Assembly: GCA_030141605.1 (NCBI GenBank)
Contig: JAQGDQ010000564.1
Coordinates: 75,424-139,423 of the forward strand
From: Tubiluchus corallicola
Taxonomy: Eukaryota; Animalia; Priapulida
Length of the DNA: 64,000 bases
Direction of reading: 5' to 3'
The notes under the pieces were generated by a model that made no database searches, was not told the DNA's origin, and worked only from the letters and a program-made list of their open reading frames with translations. This document shows positions 53,801 to 64,000 of this stretch, piece after piece (within the stretch, counting starts at the first letter, position 1; every line of letters begins with the position of its first letter). The position numbers and the translations under genes are program-made.

Positions 53801-56800
53801 TATTGCATAAATACTTATTACATTCATCTGAAACAAAAAACCAGGGAAAACTACAAAATGACTTCTTAGAATGGTTTTGAGATTTGGGACAATCGTAGAA
53901 GGGCATTGCATTTTGGAAAAAATTCTTGTTCTCTTCGGAAAATGTGTATACTTTCATATTCATGTAAAGGACGCATTTTATAACACACCACAGACAGTTG
54001 CAGAGCACAGCTTTTATATAAGTGCCACATTACGAACAGGTGCAAGGATTATACAACTGCAGTTGCACAGCCTGCTTGGATATAAACGCTATTCAAATAC
54101 AGGTAATTATTAATGACCACGGTTAATAGAAACTAGGTTAATAGTGTTTCTAATACACCACAAGTAGTTGTTCCATCTGCTCATTACATAAACAACCTTA
54201 AATTCACAATAGTATCAGGCGGGTAGGAACAGAAATAAAATGAGTATTAGAAATAATTTTACAAGAAAACATACCAGTTTGTGTACATGGACGTAATAGT
54301 TTTATCTCCGTGTGAATCCTGGGGTTGAGTTTGTTGTAATAAGATGTTATTGAAAACTCGAGTTATATCAATGTGCACTGGAAAATTAAAGATGTTATTG
54401 AAAACTCGAGTTATATCAATGTGCACTGGAAAATTAAAGATGTTATTGAAAACTCGAGTTATATCAATGTGCACTGGAAAATTAAAGATGTTATTGAAAA
54501 CTCGAGTTATATCAATGTGTACTGGAAAATTAAAGATGTTATTGAAAACTCGAGTTATATCAATGTGCACTGGAAAATTAAAGATGTTATTGAAAACTCG
54601 AGTTATATCAATGTGCACTGGAAAATTAAAGATGTTATTGAAAACTCGAGCTATATCAATGTGCACTGGAAAATTAAAGATGTTATTGAAAACTCGAGCT
54701 ATATCAATGTGCACTGGAAAATTAAAGATGTTATTGAAAACTCGAGCTATATCAATGTACACTGGAAAATTAAAGATGTTATTGAAAACTCGAGTTATAT
54801 CAATGTGCACTGGAAAATTAAAGATGTTATTGAAAACTCGAGCTATATCAATGTACACTGGAAAATTAAAGATGTTATTGAAAACTCGAGCTATATCAAT
54901 GTGCACTGGAAAATTAAAGATGTTATTGAAAACTCGAGTTATATCAATGTGCATTGGAATATTAAAGATGTTATTGAAAACTCGAGCTATATCAATGTAC
55001 ACTGGAAAATTAAAGATGTTATTGAAAACTCGAGTTATATCAATGTACACTGGAAAATTAAAGATGTTATTGAAAACTCGAGCTATATCAATGTACACTG
55101 GAAAATTAAAGATGTTATTGAAAACTCGAGTTATATCAATGTGCACTGGAAAATTAAAGATGTTATTGAAAACTCGAGTTATATCAATGTACACTGGAAA
55201 ATTAAAGATGTTATTGAAAACTCGAGCTATATCAATGTGCACTGGAAAATTAAAGATGTTATTGAAAACTCGAGCTATATCAATGTGCATTGGAATATTA
55301 AAGATGTTATTGAAAACTCGAGCTATATCAATGTGCACTGGAATATTAAAGATGTTATTGAAAACTCGAGCTATATCAATGTGCACTGGAAAATTAAAGA
55401 TGTTATTGAAAACTCGAGTTATATCAATGTGCACTGGAAAATTAAAGATGTTATTGAAAACTCGAGCTATATCAATGTGCATTGGAATATTAAAGATGTT
55501 ATTGAAAACTCGAGTTATATCAACGTGCATTGGAATATTAAAGATGTTATTGAAAACTCGAGTTATATCAATGTACACTGGAAAATTAAAGATGTTATTG
55601 AAAACTCGAGTTATATCAACGTACACTGGAAAATTAAAGATGTTATTGAAAACTCGAGCTATATCAACGTACACTGGAAAATTAAAGATGTTATTGAAAA
55701 CTCGAGCTATATCAATGTGCACTGGAAAATTAAAGATGTTATTGAAAACTCGAGTTATATCAATGTACACTGGAAAATTAAAGATGTTATTGAAAACTCG
55801 AGCTATATCAATGTGCACTGGAAAATTAAAGATGTTATTGAAAACTCGAGCTATATCAATGTGCATTGGAATATTAAAGATGTTATTGAAAACTCGAGCT
55901 ATATCAATATGTACTGGAAAATTAAAGATGTTATTGAAAACTCGAGCTATATCAATGTGCATTGGAATATTAAAGATGTTATTGAAAACTCGAGCTATAT
56001 CAATGTGCATTGGAATATTAAAGATGTTATTGAAAACTCGAGTTATATCAATGTGCACTGGAAAATTAAAGATGTTATTGAAAACTCGAGTTATATCAAT
56101 GTGCACTGGAAAATTAAAGATGTTATTGAAAACTCGAGTTATATCAATGTACACTGGAAAATTAAAGATGTTATTGAAAACTCGAGTTATATCAATGTGC
56201 ACTGGAAAATTAAAGATGTTATTGAAAACTCGAGCTATATCAATGTGCACTGGAAAATTAAAGATGTTATTGAAAACTCGAGCTATATCAATGTGCATTG
56301 GAATATTAAAGATGTTATTGAAAACTCGAGTTATATCAACGTGCATTGGAATATTAAAGATGTTATTGAAAACTCGAGTTATATCAATGTACACTGGAAA
56401 ATTAAAGATGTTATTGAAAACTCGAGTTATATCAATGTACACTGGAAAATTAAAGATGTTATTGAAAACTCGAGCTATATCAATGTGCACTGGAAAATTA
56501 AAGATGTTATTGAAAACTCGAGTTATATCAATGTGCACTGGAAAATTAAAGATGTTATTGAAAACTCGAGTTATATCAATGTACACTGGAAAATTAAAGG
56601 TGTTATTGAAAACTCGAGCTATATCAATGTGCACTGGAAAATTAAAGATGTTATTGAAAACTCGAGCTATATCAATGTGCATTGGAATATTAAAGATGTT
56701 ATTGAAAACTCGAGCTATATCAATGTGTACTGGAAAATTAAAGATGTTATTGAAAACTCGAGCTATATCAATGTGCATTGGAATATTAAAGATGTTATTG

Positions 56801-59800
56801 AAAACTCGAGCTATATCAATGTGCATTGGAATATTAAAGATGTTATTGAAAACTCGAGTTATATCAATGTGCACTGGAAAATTAAAGATGTTATTGAAAA
56901 CTCGAGCTATATCAATGTGCATTGGAATATTAAAGATGTTATTGAAAACTCGAGCTATATCAATGTGCATTGGAATATTAAAGATGTTATTGAAAACTCG
57001 AGTTATATCAACGTGCATTGGAATATTAAAGATGTTATTGAAAACTCGAGTTATATCAACGTACACTGGAAAATTAAAGATGTTATTGAAAACTCGAGTT
57101 ATATCAACGTACACTGGAAAATTAAAGATGTTATTGAAAACTCGAGCTATATCAATGTACACTGGAAAATTAAAGATGTTATTGAAAACTCGAGTTATAT
57201 CAATGTGCACTGGAAAATTAAAGATGTTATTGAAAACTCGAGTTATATCAATGTACACTGGAAAATTAAAGATGTTATTGAAAACTCAAGCTATATCAAT
57301 GTGCACTGGAAAATTAAAGATGTTATTGAAAACTCGAGCTATATCAATGTGCATTGGAATATTAAAGATGTTATTGAAAACTCGAGCTATATCAATGTGC
57401 ATTGGAATATTAAAGATGTTATTGAAAACTCGAGCTATATCAATGTGCATTGGAATATTAAAGATGTTATTGAAAACTCGAGTTATATCAATGTGCACTG
57501 GAAAATTAAAGATGTTATTGAAAACTCGAGCTATATCAATGTGCATTGGAATATTAAAGACGTTATTGAAAACTCGAGTTATACCAACGTGCACTGAAAA
57601 ATTCGCACCTCACAAAAATTAGAAAGCACTTGAAAATGGGGAATTATTAAATAAGTGTTTTGTAAAGACATTACAGAATGCAAATTATCCACTGTGCTCT
57701 CTTTCTCTCGTCTTAGCATCTAAGTTTAACGTGCTTAAAACTCTTAACTCTAAATTATTATCAGTTTATATTGATTTTTTTGATAATATTGTTCTTCGCA
57801 CTTCAAAAACTGAACCATTTCATTTGTCAGAAAATTAATAACTTATCGCTAGGGCTGTTTAAAGCTAGTTGCTAGCAGTAATTAATACAACAAAGCTATA
57901 TTACTTGCTGTTATTTAACCGGCTAACTGAATAAAGTTATTGAAGATGTAACACATGACTAGGTTTGAAATAGGGGTGAGCATCGAATGCTCGAATTCGA
58001 TTCGAACGAGTTTTTTTAGTTCAAACTCGATTCGAATCCAAAACTATAGATTCGAATAATTCATCACTTCAATCACATATGTTCCTGATCACTAAAACGA
58101 TTGAAACATCACGCAATTAGCATAATTTAGTTGTGATTTCTGTGCACAACTTTAAACAAATTACTAGTCGTTTTATTGCAGATCAAAATCAAGTGATACG
58201 CATGATCTTTGTAAGACTAATTTTTACTGGTGGTTCGAAAGCTTGTTCGAAAACCCTTCAATCTCGACTCGAATTCGAAACACTGAAGTTCGGTTCGATT
58301 CGAATTCGAAAGTCACAAATTCGGTTCGATTCGAATTCGCTTTCTGGTAGAGAATGCTCAGCCCTAGTTTGAAACGGACAGTTTTAAAACTGATTGGATC
58401 TCCCCTAGTGGGAGCAAAATGCTAGACAGATGCAAAACAAGACGGAGTCATACATATAACAAAATATCAAATACACACGATGAACTAATAACGTCAATAC
58501 ACACCTATTGTGAGGCAGATTAGTAACCGTATCCAACTGCATTGTGACAAGTTAATCAATAAGTTTGAACAAGCAAAAATTCATCTCCTTGTAGAATTTT
58601 GTGTGAAAAAAATATCGTAATACTAACTGCATACATTTAAGTTAAATATATTTGTATTTCCGCACTAGATGCATTAAACGGCGTCTTTTTATTTCTCTTG
58701 TCCAAAGTTCTTCTTTTATTTTCTCATATAGATCTTTGTTTGAAATTTTTTTGGCCACCTAATACCCAAAATGTTTCTGTAATTTTGCCTTTGAAACGCA
58801 TCGATTTCAGCTTTATGATTTGCTTTTAATGTCCAGAGCTCAGAGTTATATTCTAATTCTATATTCTAATTTTTGTTTCCAAAGAAATCTTCCTATTCTC
58901 AAAAACTTTTAACACGGTTCAACTCACCGTAGTTTTCCAAACTTTGCAAAACACTCATGTAAGCTTTAACACTGCTCAGTAATTCAGAAGGCTTAGCAAT
59001 TTCCTGGGTATCTGGATTGTACATCAGCATGCCAACCAATGCTCTGTAATGAGGAATATAATAATGCCTTGAGAAATGCAAAATCATAAATTTAACAAAG
59101 ACACCATAAACTACAGCAAAAAAAAACAGTAATTACAACATATCAAAGTAAAGTAGGCACCGCTTAATAGACTCACTTTGGGGTGGAAGTGTTTTGACCA
59201 GACTGATTCAATTGGCTAACGTGCCACTTAATAGACTCACTTTGAGGCGGAAGTGTTTTGACCAGACTGATTCAATTAGCTAACGTGCCGCTTAATAGAC
59301 TCACTTTGAGGCGGAAGTGTTTTGACCAGACTGATTCAATTACCTAACAGATGTAGCATATTGCTACTGTACAACTATGAGTCATGACTCAGTATGCACT
59401 GCAGAAGTTTTAAATGAATTTTAGAAACGAATTAATGTTAAAACTAGCAAAGGCCCCGCAAAAGATTTTGCGTATAAATACACGTGTAATCAATAATACG
59501 CGAATATCCTACACAGTCCTCATTTATAACACAAAGCCCGTAACATCCTGCCTACTGTATGTCTGTTTAACTAACGCAGAGCAGCTTTTTGCTGAATTAA
59601 AGTTATAGAGTACAATGGATGACGTCAGCACAATGGAATGCGTTAGGACAGTTTTCTAAGCGAAAATTGCCAAAAATAGAACATCTAATTAACTCGCTAG
59701 TACTCCTCTCGGTGGACCTGCCCTAAGATATAGCCCACATCACCGTGTAGCCCTCTCCTTCCTCTTTCTGATGAGCTATATATCTCCTTCCTAGAGTCCC

Positions 59801-62800
59801 ACCGGGCGACGCTAGAACGTTTTTCCCGCATGCTGTTTGGTCAAAATTTCGAAAAAATCGCGAGTTGGGTCCGGGAAAACGCCCGTTGCGGGGCGCCCTG
59901 GCCCTCTCGGGAATTCTAAATATGCCTACTACACCCACCGCTGAACGGGCTATCTATCCATACCCACTACCCCCCTCGGCCCGTTCCCGTTCTCTACATC
60001 TCAGCCGTATAACTTTTGCAAAAAACGGCCGAGAAAGGGCCATTTTTGGAGGTTTTTCGCCTCCCGTTCCTCCCGGTGGGCCCGATTCGAAAAATAAAGT
60101 ATCAATGGCACGACACTAGATCGAGACCTTTCGTTTGATGTATAGATCGTCGCAAATGGTGCCCTCGTCCGGGCTGTAGCCTCGAAAATTATATATATAT
60201 ATATAACATACCAAGAATATTAATATAAGAGTATAGATTCCTATGTGTAATTATTTAAAAATACTAATTTTTATAAGTGAAGAAAAAATAAATAAATCTC
60301 ACAAATCTGATTATTACGACTAAAAATTACAAAAATACATGCAAGGTCGGTTGCTTTATTTCTTCAGGAAGAAGTTTGTTTATGAAATTCTCATAATGAT
60401 AAAAACATTGAAAATCTGTTACTGTATACTGTACATATTCACTCAAAACACCTAGTCACCTAGTGCTTGAGCTGCAGTTGGTGATGATCTTGTTTCTCCT
60501 GTGAAAAGCAGCTGGAACTTCAAAAGCAAACCGCTGGTCAAGTGATTAAATATTTAGCTACCAGAAACAACGAGGTTAACTGCAGTGGACAAATGGGTGA
60601 CAGATTCAAAGCAAACCGCTGGTCAAGTGATTAAATGTTTAGCTTCCAGAAACGACGAGGTTAACTGCAGTGGACAAGTGGGTGACAGATTCAAAGCAAA
60701 ACCGCTGGTCAAGTGATTAAATGTTTAGCTTCCAGAAACGACGAGGTTAACTGCAGTGGACAAGCAGGTGACAGATTCAAAAGCAAACCACTGGTCAAGT
60801 GATTAAATGTTTAGCTTCCAGAAACAATGAGGTTAACTGCAGTGGACAAGCAGGTGACAGATTCAAAGCAAAACCGCTGGTCAAGTGATTAAATGTTTAG
60901 CTTCCAGAAACAACGAGGTTAACTGCAGTGGACAAGCAGGTGACAGATTCAAAGCAAACCGCTGGTCAAGTGATTAAATGTTTAGCTTCCAGAAACAACG
61001 AGGTTAACTGCAGTGGACAAGCGGGTGACAGATTCAAAGCAAAACCGCTGGTCAAGTGATTAAATGTTTAGGTTCCTGCAGTGGACAAGCGGGTGACAGA
61101 TTCAAAGCAAAACTGCTAAGCTAACATATTAGTGCATGTGATAAACATACTGTACTTGCTTACAAACAAAGCTGTACTTAACACGACTGTTTCTACGCAT
61201 GTTATATTGCACAAAATCGAGGTAAAGATGACAGAAAAGCAGTAAGAAGTTTTTCGGCACACACAAGTGTCTAATTTTAAGTACGTGAAGTAAAAGTATT
61301 TATGTGGAGTTATTTGACTCAATTACGGACAGTTTTTATGTACATTTGAATAGAAGTGCCCCATACCAGGTGTTTTTGAGTCAATTAAGCGACTCATTCT
61401 ATTAACCGTGAGTCTAATAAATGGTGCCAACTGTATTAGTAAGATACATAAACAATTTATCTAAAGAGCATAAAACAATTAAAAATACTTCCTAACTAAC
61501 TTGCTAAATTTACTAATGTTTTTACAAAAATTGCTAAAATCGGCAGGCCTAGAAATCTCATTAGCAGATAACAACTAAAACATTCGGGCATTCGTTAAAT
61601 CGTATCTCTACAACAACTAAAACATTCTGGCACTTGTTAAATCGTATCTCTACAACAACTAAAACATTCGGGCACTTTTTAAATCGTATCTCTACAACAA
61701 CTAAAACATCAGGTACTTGTTAAATCGTATCTCTATCTGTTGTGTGAGGTATTCGCGCGGTGAAAATAAATGGTCCCAAACTTGAATTTGTCCCACGTAG
61801 TTTATGGAAAAGGAGATTTCCGTCAAGGCCATGTACTGTAAGTCCATCCTAAGAAAACAAAATAAACTGTTAAATTTAACAATATTTAACTATCCGAGAT
61901 AATTTTTATTTAACCTAAGCTTTGAGTTAAAAAAACTGCTGTAGTTTCCAATATAGTATTTATTTTGAACTAATGTCTACACGAATATTAGTTCACATAT
62001 GCAATAACTTAGTGTACAGTAAAGGTTAGTTCACACACTTAGTAAGTTAATTTACAGCAAAGGTTAGTTCACATACACACTTACTTAGTTTAAAGTAAAG
62101 GTTAGTTCACATACTTAGTAAGTTAATTTACAGCAAAGGTTAGTTCACATACATAGTAACTTAGTTTACAGTAAAGGTTAGTTCACACACTTAGTAAGTT
62201 AATTTACAGCAAAGGTTAGTTCACATACACATTAACTTAGTTTAAAGTAAAGGTTAGTTCACACACTTAGTAAGTTAGTTTACAGCAAAGGTTAGTTCAC
62301 ATACACACTTACTTAGTTTAAAGTAAAGGTTAGTTCACATACTTGGTAAGTTAATTTACAGCAAAGGTTAGTTCACTAGTAACTTAGTTTACAGTAAAGG
62401 TTACTTCACATAAATAGCAAATTAGTTTGCAGTAAAGGTTAGTTCACACACTTAGTAAGTTAATTTACAGCAAAGGTTAGTTCACATACACACTAACTTA
62501 GTTTAAAGTAAAGGTTAGTTCACATACTTAGTAAGTTAATTTACAGCAAAGGTTAGTTCACATACACATTAACTTAGTTTAAAGTAAAGGTTAGTTCACA
62601 CACTTAGTAAGTTAGTTTACAGCAAAGGTTAGTTCACATACACACTTACTTAGTTTAAAGTAAAGGTTAGTTCACATACTTGGTAAGTTAATTTACAGCA
62701 AAGGTTAGTTCACATACACACTAACTTAGTTTAAAGTAAAGGTTAGTTCACATACATAGTAACTTAGTTTACAGTAAAGGTTAGTTCACATACATAGAAA

Positions 62801-63310
62801 ATTTGTTTGCAGTAAAAGTTAGTTCACATACATAGTAAGTTAATTTACAGCAAAGGTTAGTTCATATATGTGGTAACTTAATTTACAGTAAAGGTTAGTT
62901 CACATATGTGGTAACTTAATTTACAGCAAAGGTTAGTTCACATATGTGGTAACTTAATTTACAGCAAAGGTTAGTTCACATATGTGGTAACTTAATTTAC
63001 AGAAAAGGTTAGTTCACATATGTGGTAACTTAATTTACAGAAAAGGTTAGTTCACATATGTGGTAACTTAATTTACAGTAAAGGTTAGTTCACATACTTA
63101 GTAACTTAATTTACAGTAAAGGTTAGTTCACATACGTGGTAACTTAATTTACAGAAAAGGTTAGTTCACATACGTGGTAAGTTGCTCTCGAGTTTTCCTA
63201 TAACTTTCCATTCCTGGTTTCTCCTGCTGATTTACAAGACGGTTTTTCTTATCTTTTTTCTTCCTGTTCACCACCTGGGCAATCTGTTGTGCACAATTCT
63301 TCGGCAAGAG
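39910..63310 (-). CDS. NCKAP1: Nck-associated protein 1 / Hem family WAVE-complex subunit, C-terminal ~500 aa; gene continues beyond window end
   Basis: Exons in transcript order: 63310-63174, 61848-61717, 59043-58928, 54377-54275, 53794-53661, 53058-52961, 52379-52286, 50519-50437, 49846-49763, 46025-45941, 45321-45205, 41579-41467, 40409-40320, 40026-39910 (1503 nt, in frame to TAG). Peptides [82 protein letters not shown] and [16 protein letters not shown] match Hem/NCKAP1. Confidence 0.96.
40027..40319 (-). other. GC-AG intron, last intron of NCKAP1
   Basis: The exon ends ...TTA GAC GAG|gcaagc. Joining it to ttttcag|ATT GTG gives YLLLDE-IVKESPF, colinear with known Hem proteins. No GT donor of the right phase was seen nearby. 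Confidence 0.8.
42439..45222 (-). repeat. 121-bp tandem array (~23 copies) containing the NCKAP1 exon end and 5' splice site
   Basis: Each unit carries ACAAAGCTTCnCTTGAAG|gttagttg, matching the end of exon 45321-45205 and its donor. The array merges into the exon. Confidence 0.95.
45488..45782. repeat. 28-bp minisatellite
   Basis: Unit aatacacagttcatgacaagtgaactat. Confidence 0.9.
46368..46610 (+). mobile_element. tRNA-derived SINE, possibly of the Meta-domain type
   Basis: Degenerate tRNA-like head, core CCGGGTCATACCAAGGACTATAAAAAAGGCACCTGCTG...GCATTTAGGG and an (ATT)n tail. The family assignment is from memory of invertebrate SINE cores. Confidence 0.5.
47078..47800. repeat. 26-bp minisatellite
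   Basis: Unit ccctacaagacaaaaacccaactttg. Confidence 0.93.
48849..49548. mobile_element. Tc1/mariner-pogo-like MITE with internal short tandem repeat (49180-49412)
   Basis: CAGTAAGTCCTTACTTAAC ... GCTAAGCGAGGACTTACTA ends flanked by TA; shares its 5' ~120 bp with the 25401 copy. Confidence 0.7.
49940..50310 (+). mobile_element. Dispersed ~370-bp non-autonomous repeat with internal inverted motif; other copies at ~5950-6215, ~9280-9470, ~15425-15805 (inverted) and ~52485-52595
   Basis: Copies share GGTCAAAGGTTAAGTGTACCA and its inverse, and TGTGAAAAGGCTTATT. Confidence 0.7.
50698..50932. repeat. (AAT)n microsatellite
   Basis: Direct inspection. Confidence 0.95.
51096..51250. repeat. 17-bp minisatellite
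   Basis: Unit gggatgcggaggtgact. Confidence 0.9.
51394..51965. repeat. Imperfect ~180-195-bp tandem triplication
   Basis: tttattttgactgtattcc and ggtttcccatattgtag recur three to four times. Confidence 0.8.
52597..52880. repeat. 49-bp minisatellite (~6 copies)
   Basis: Unit gcattattgacattgtggcgcagggtaattaagggctttacatggccga. Confidence 0.9.
54343..57598 (-). repeat. 48-bp tandem array (68 copies) built from the NCKAP1 3' splice site plus the first 35 nt of the exon
   Basis: Minus-strand unit tttaattttccag|TGCACATTGATATAACTCGAGTTTTCAATAACATC. The first and last acceptor positions (54378 and 57594) differ by exactly 67x48. Confidence 0.97.
57971..58366. mobile_element. hAT-type MITE
   Basis: TAGGGGTGAGCAT / ATGCTCAGCCCTA termini, perfect 8-bp TSD GTTTGAAA, subterminal TTCGA repeats. 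Confidence 0.85.
59160..59348. repeat. ~64-bp tandem triplication
   Basis: cttaatagactcactttg...ccagactgattcaatt occurs three times. Confidence 0.85.
59697..60238 (-). mobile_element. GC-rich non-autonomous element, possibly Helitron-like
   Basis: Sharp GC island in an AT-rich intron; the minus strand starts ATCTATACT, includes (TA)n and ends near CTAG. Confidence 0.35.
60518..61115. repeat. ~86-bp tandem repeat (~7 copies)
   Basis: ttcaaagcaaaccgctggtcaagtgattaaatg...gtgacaga repeated. Confidence 0.92.
61570..61735 (-). repeat. 42-bp tandem repeat (4 copies) spanning an NCKAP1 exon end and donor
   Basis: AGAGATACGATTTAACAA|gt... is repeated; the real donor is at 61716. Confidence 0.85.
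61985..63181 (-). repeat. ~39-bp tandem array (~30 copies) starting at an NCKAP1 donor site
   Basis: Unit TTACCAC|gtatgtgaactaaccttt.ctgtaaattaag overlaps the end of exon 63310-63174; copies diverge with distance from the exon. Confidence 0.9.
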
Positions 63311-63427
63311 CTGTGAGAACAGAACAATGAAAATGATGAAAACCTGAACAACACTTACACTCCATGGCAACAACTACATAAATATCAACAAATGAACATC
63401 ATCAATTGACGCAGACATGAATAACAA

Positions 63428-64000
63428 TGATCACTCATTAAACAATGTAAATACTTTACCTGATCACTCATTAAACAATGTAAATACTTTACCTGATCAC
63501 TCATTAAACAATGTAAATAGTTTACCTGATCACTCATTAAAAAATGTAAATACTTTACCTGATCACTCATTAAACAATGTAAATACTTTACCTGATCACT
63601 CATTAAACAATGTAAATAGTTTAGCTGATCACTCATTAAACAATGTAAATACTTTACCTGATCACTCATTAAACAATGTAAATAGTTTAGCTGATCACTC
63701 ATTAAACAATGTAAATACTTTACCTGATCACTCATTAAACAATGTAAATAGTTTACCTGATCACTCATTAAACAATATAAATAGTTTACCTGATCACTCA
63801 TTAAACAATGTAAATACTTTACCTGATCACTCATTAAACAATGTAAATACTTTACCTGATCACTCATTAAACAATGTAAATACTTTACCTGATCACTCAT
63901 TAAACAATGTAAATACTTTACCTGATCACTCATTAAACAATGTAAATAGTTTACCTGATCACTCATTAAACAATGTAAATACTTTACCTGATCACTCATT
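63428..64000 (-). repeat. 33-bp tandem array (18 copies in window) of an NCKAP1 exon end plus 5' splice site; truncated by window end
   Basis: Minus-strand unit CATTGTTTAATGAGTGATCAG|gtaaagtattta. HCLMSDQ is the peptide expected immediately before the next exon (LLPK...). Confidence 0.9.

Noticed and set aside
54344-57622. Plus-strand ORFs of 1092 and 1074 aa
   Set aside because: By-products of a stop-free 48-bp unit; only the minus-strand frame corresponds to real NCKAP1 sequence.

Overview
AT-rich, intron-rich animal (invertebrate-like) nuclear DNA with one 420-N gap. By-hand splicing gives three partial multi-exon genes and one intronless gene. (1) The 3' part (13 exons, 965-15995, +) of a type I membrane protein with four PAN/apple-like Cys domains. 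(2) The 3' half of PSMD2/Rpn1 (10 exons, 22990-37874, +); its last intron is U12-type and its 5' half is not visible in the 23 kb upstream. (3) An intronless PDSS1-like prenyl diphosphate synthase (28421-29668, +) nested on the same strand inside a PSMD2 intron. (4) The 3' part of NCKAP1/Hem (14 exons, 39910-63310, -), which includes a GC-AG intron. Introns are full of minisatellites, solo LTRs, MITEs, hAT remnants and LINE/SINE fragments. The most striking pattern is that at least seven tandem arrays are amplified copies of real exon-intron junctions. The largest holds 68 in-phase copies of an NCKAP1 3' splice site plus exon start. Two of these arrays keep the reading frame.
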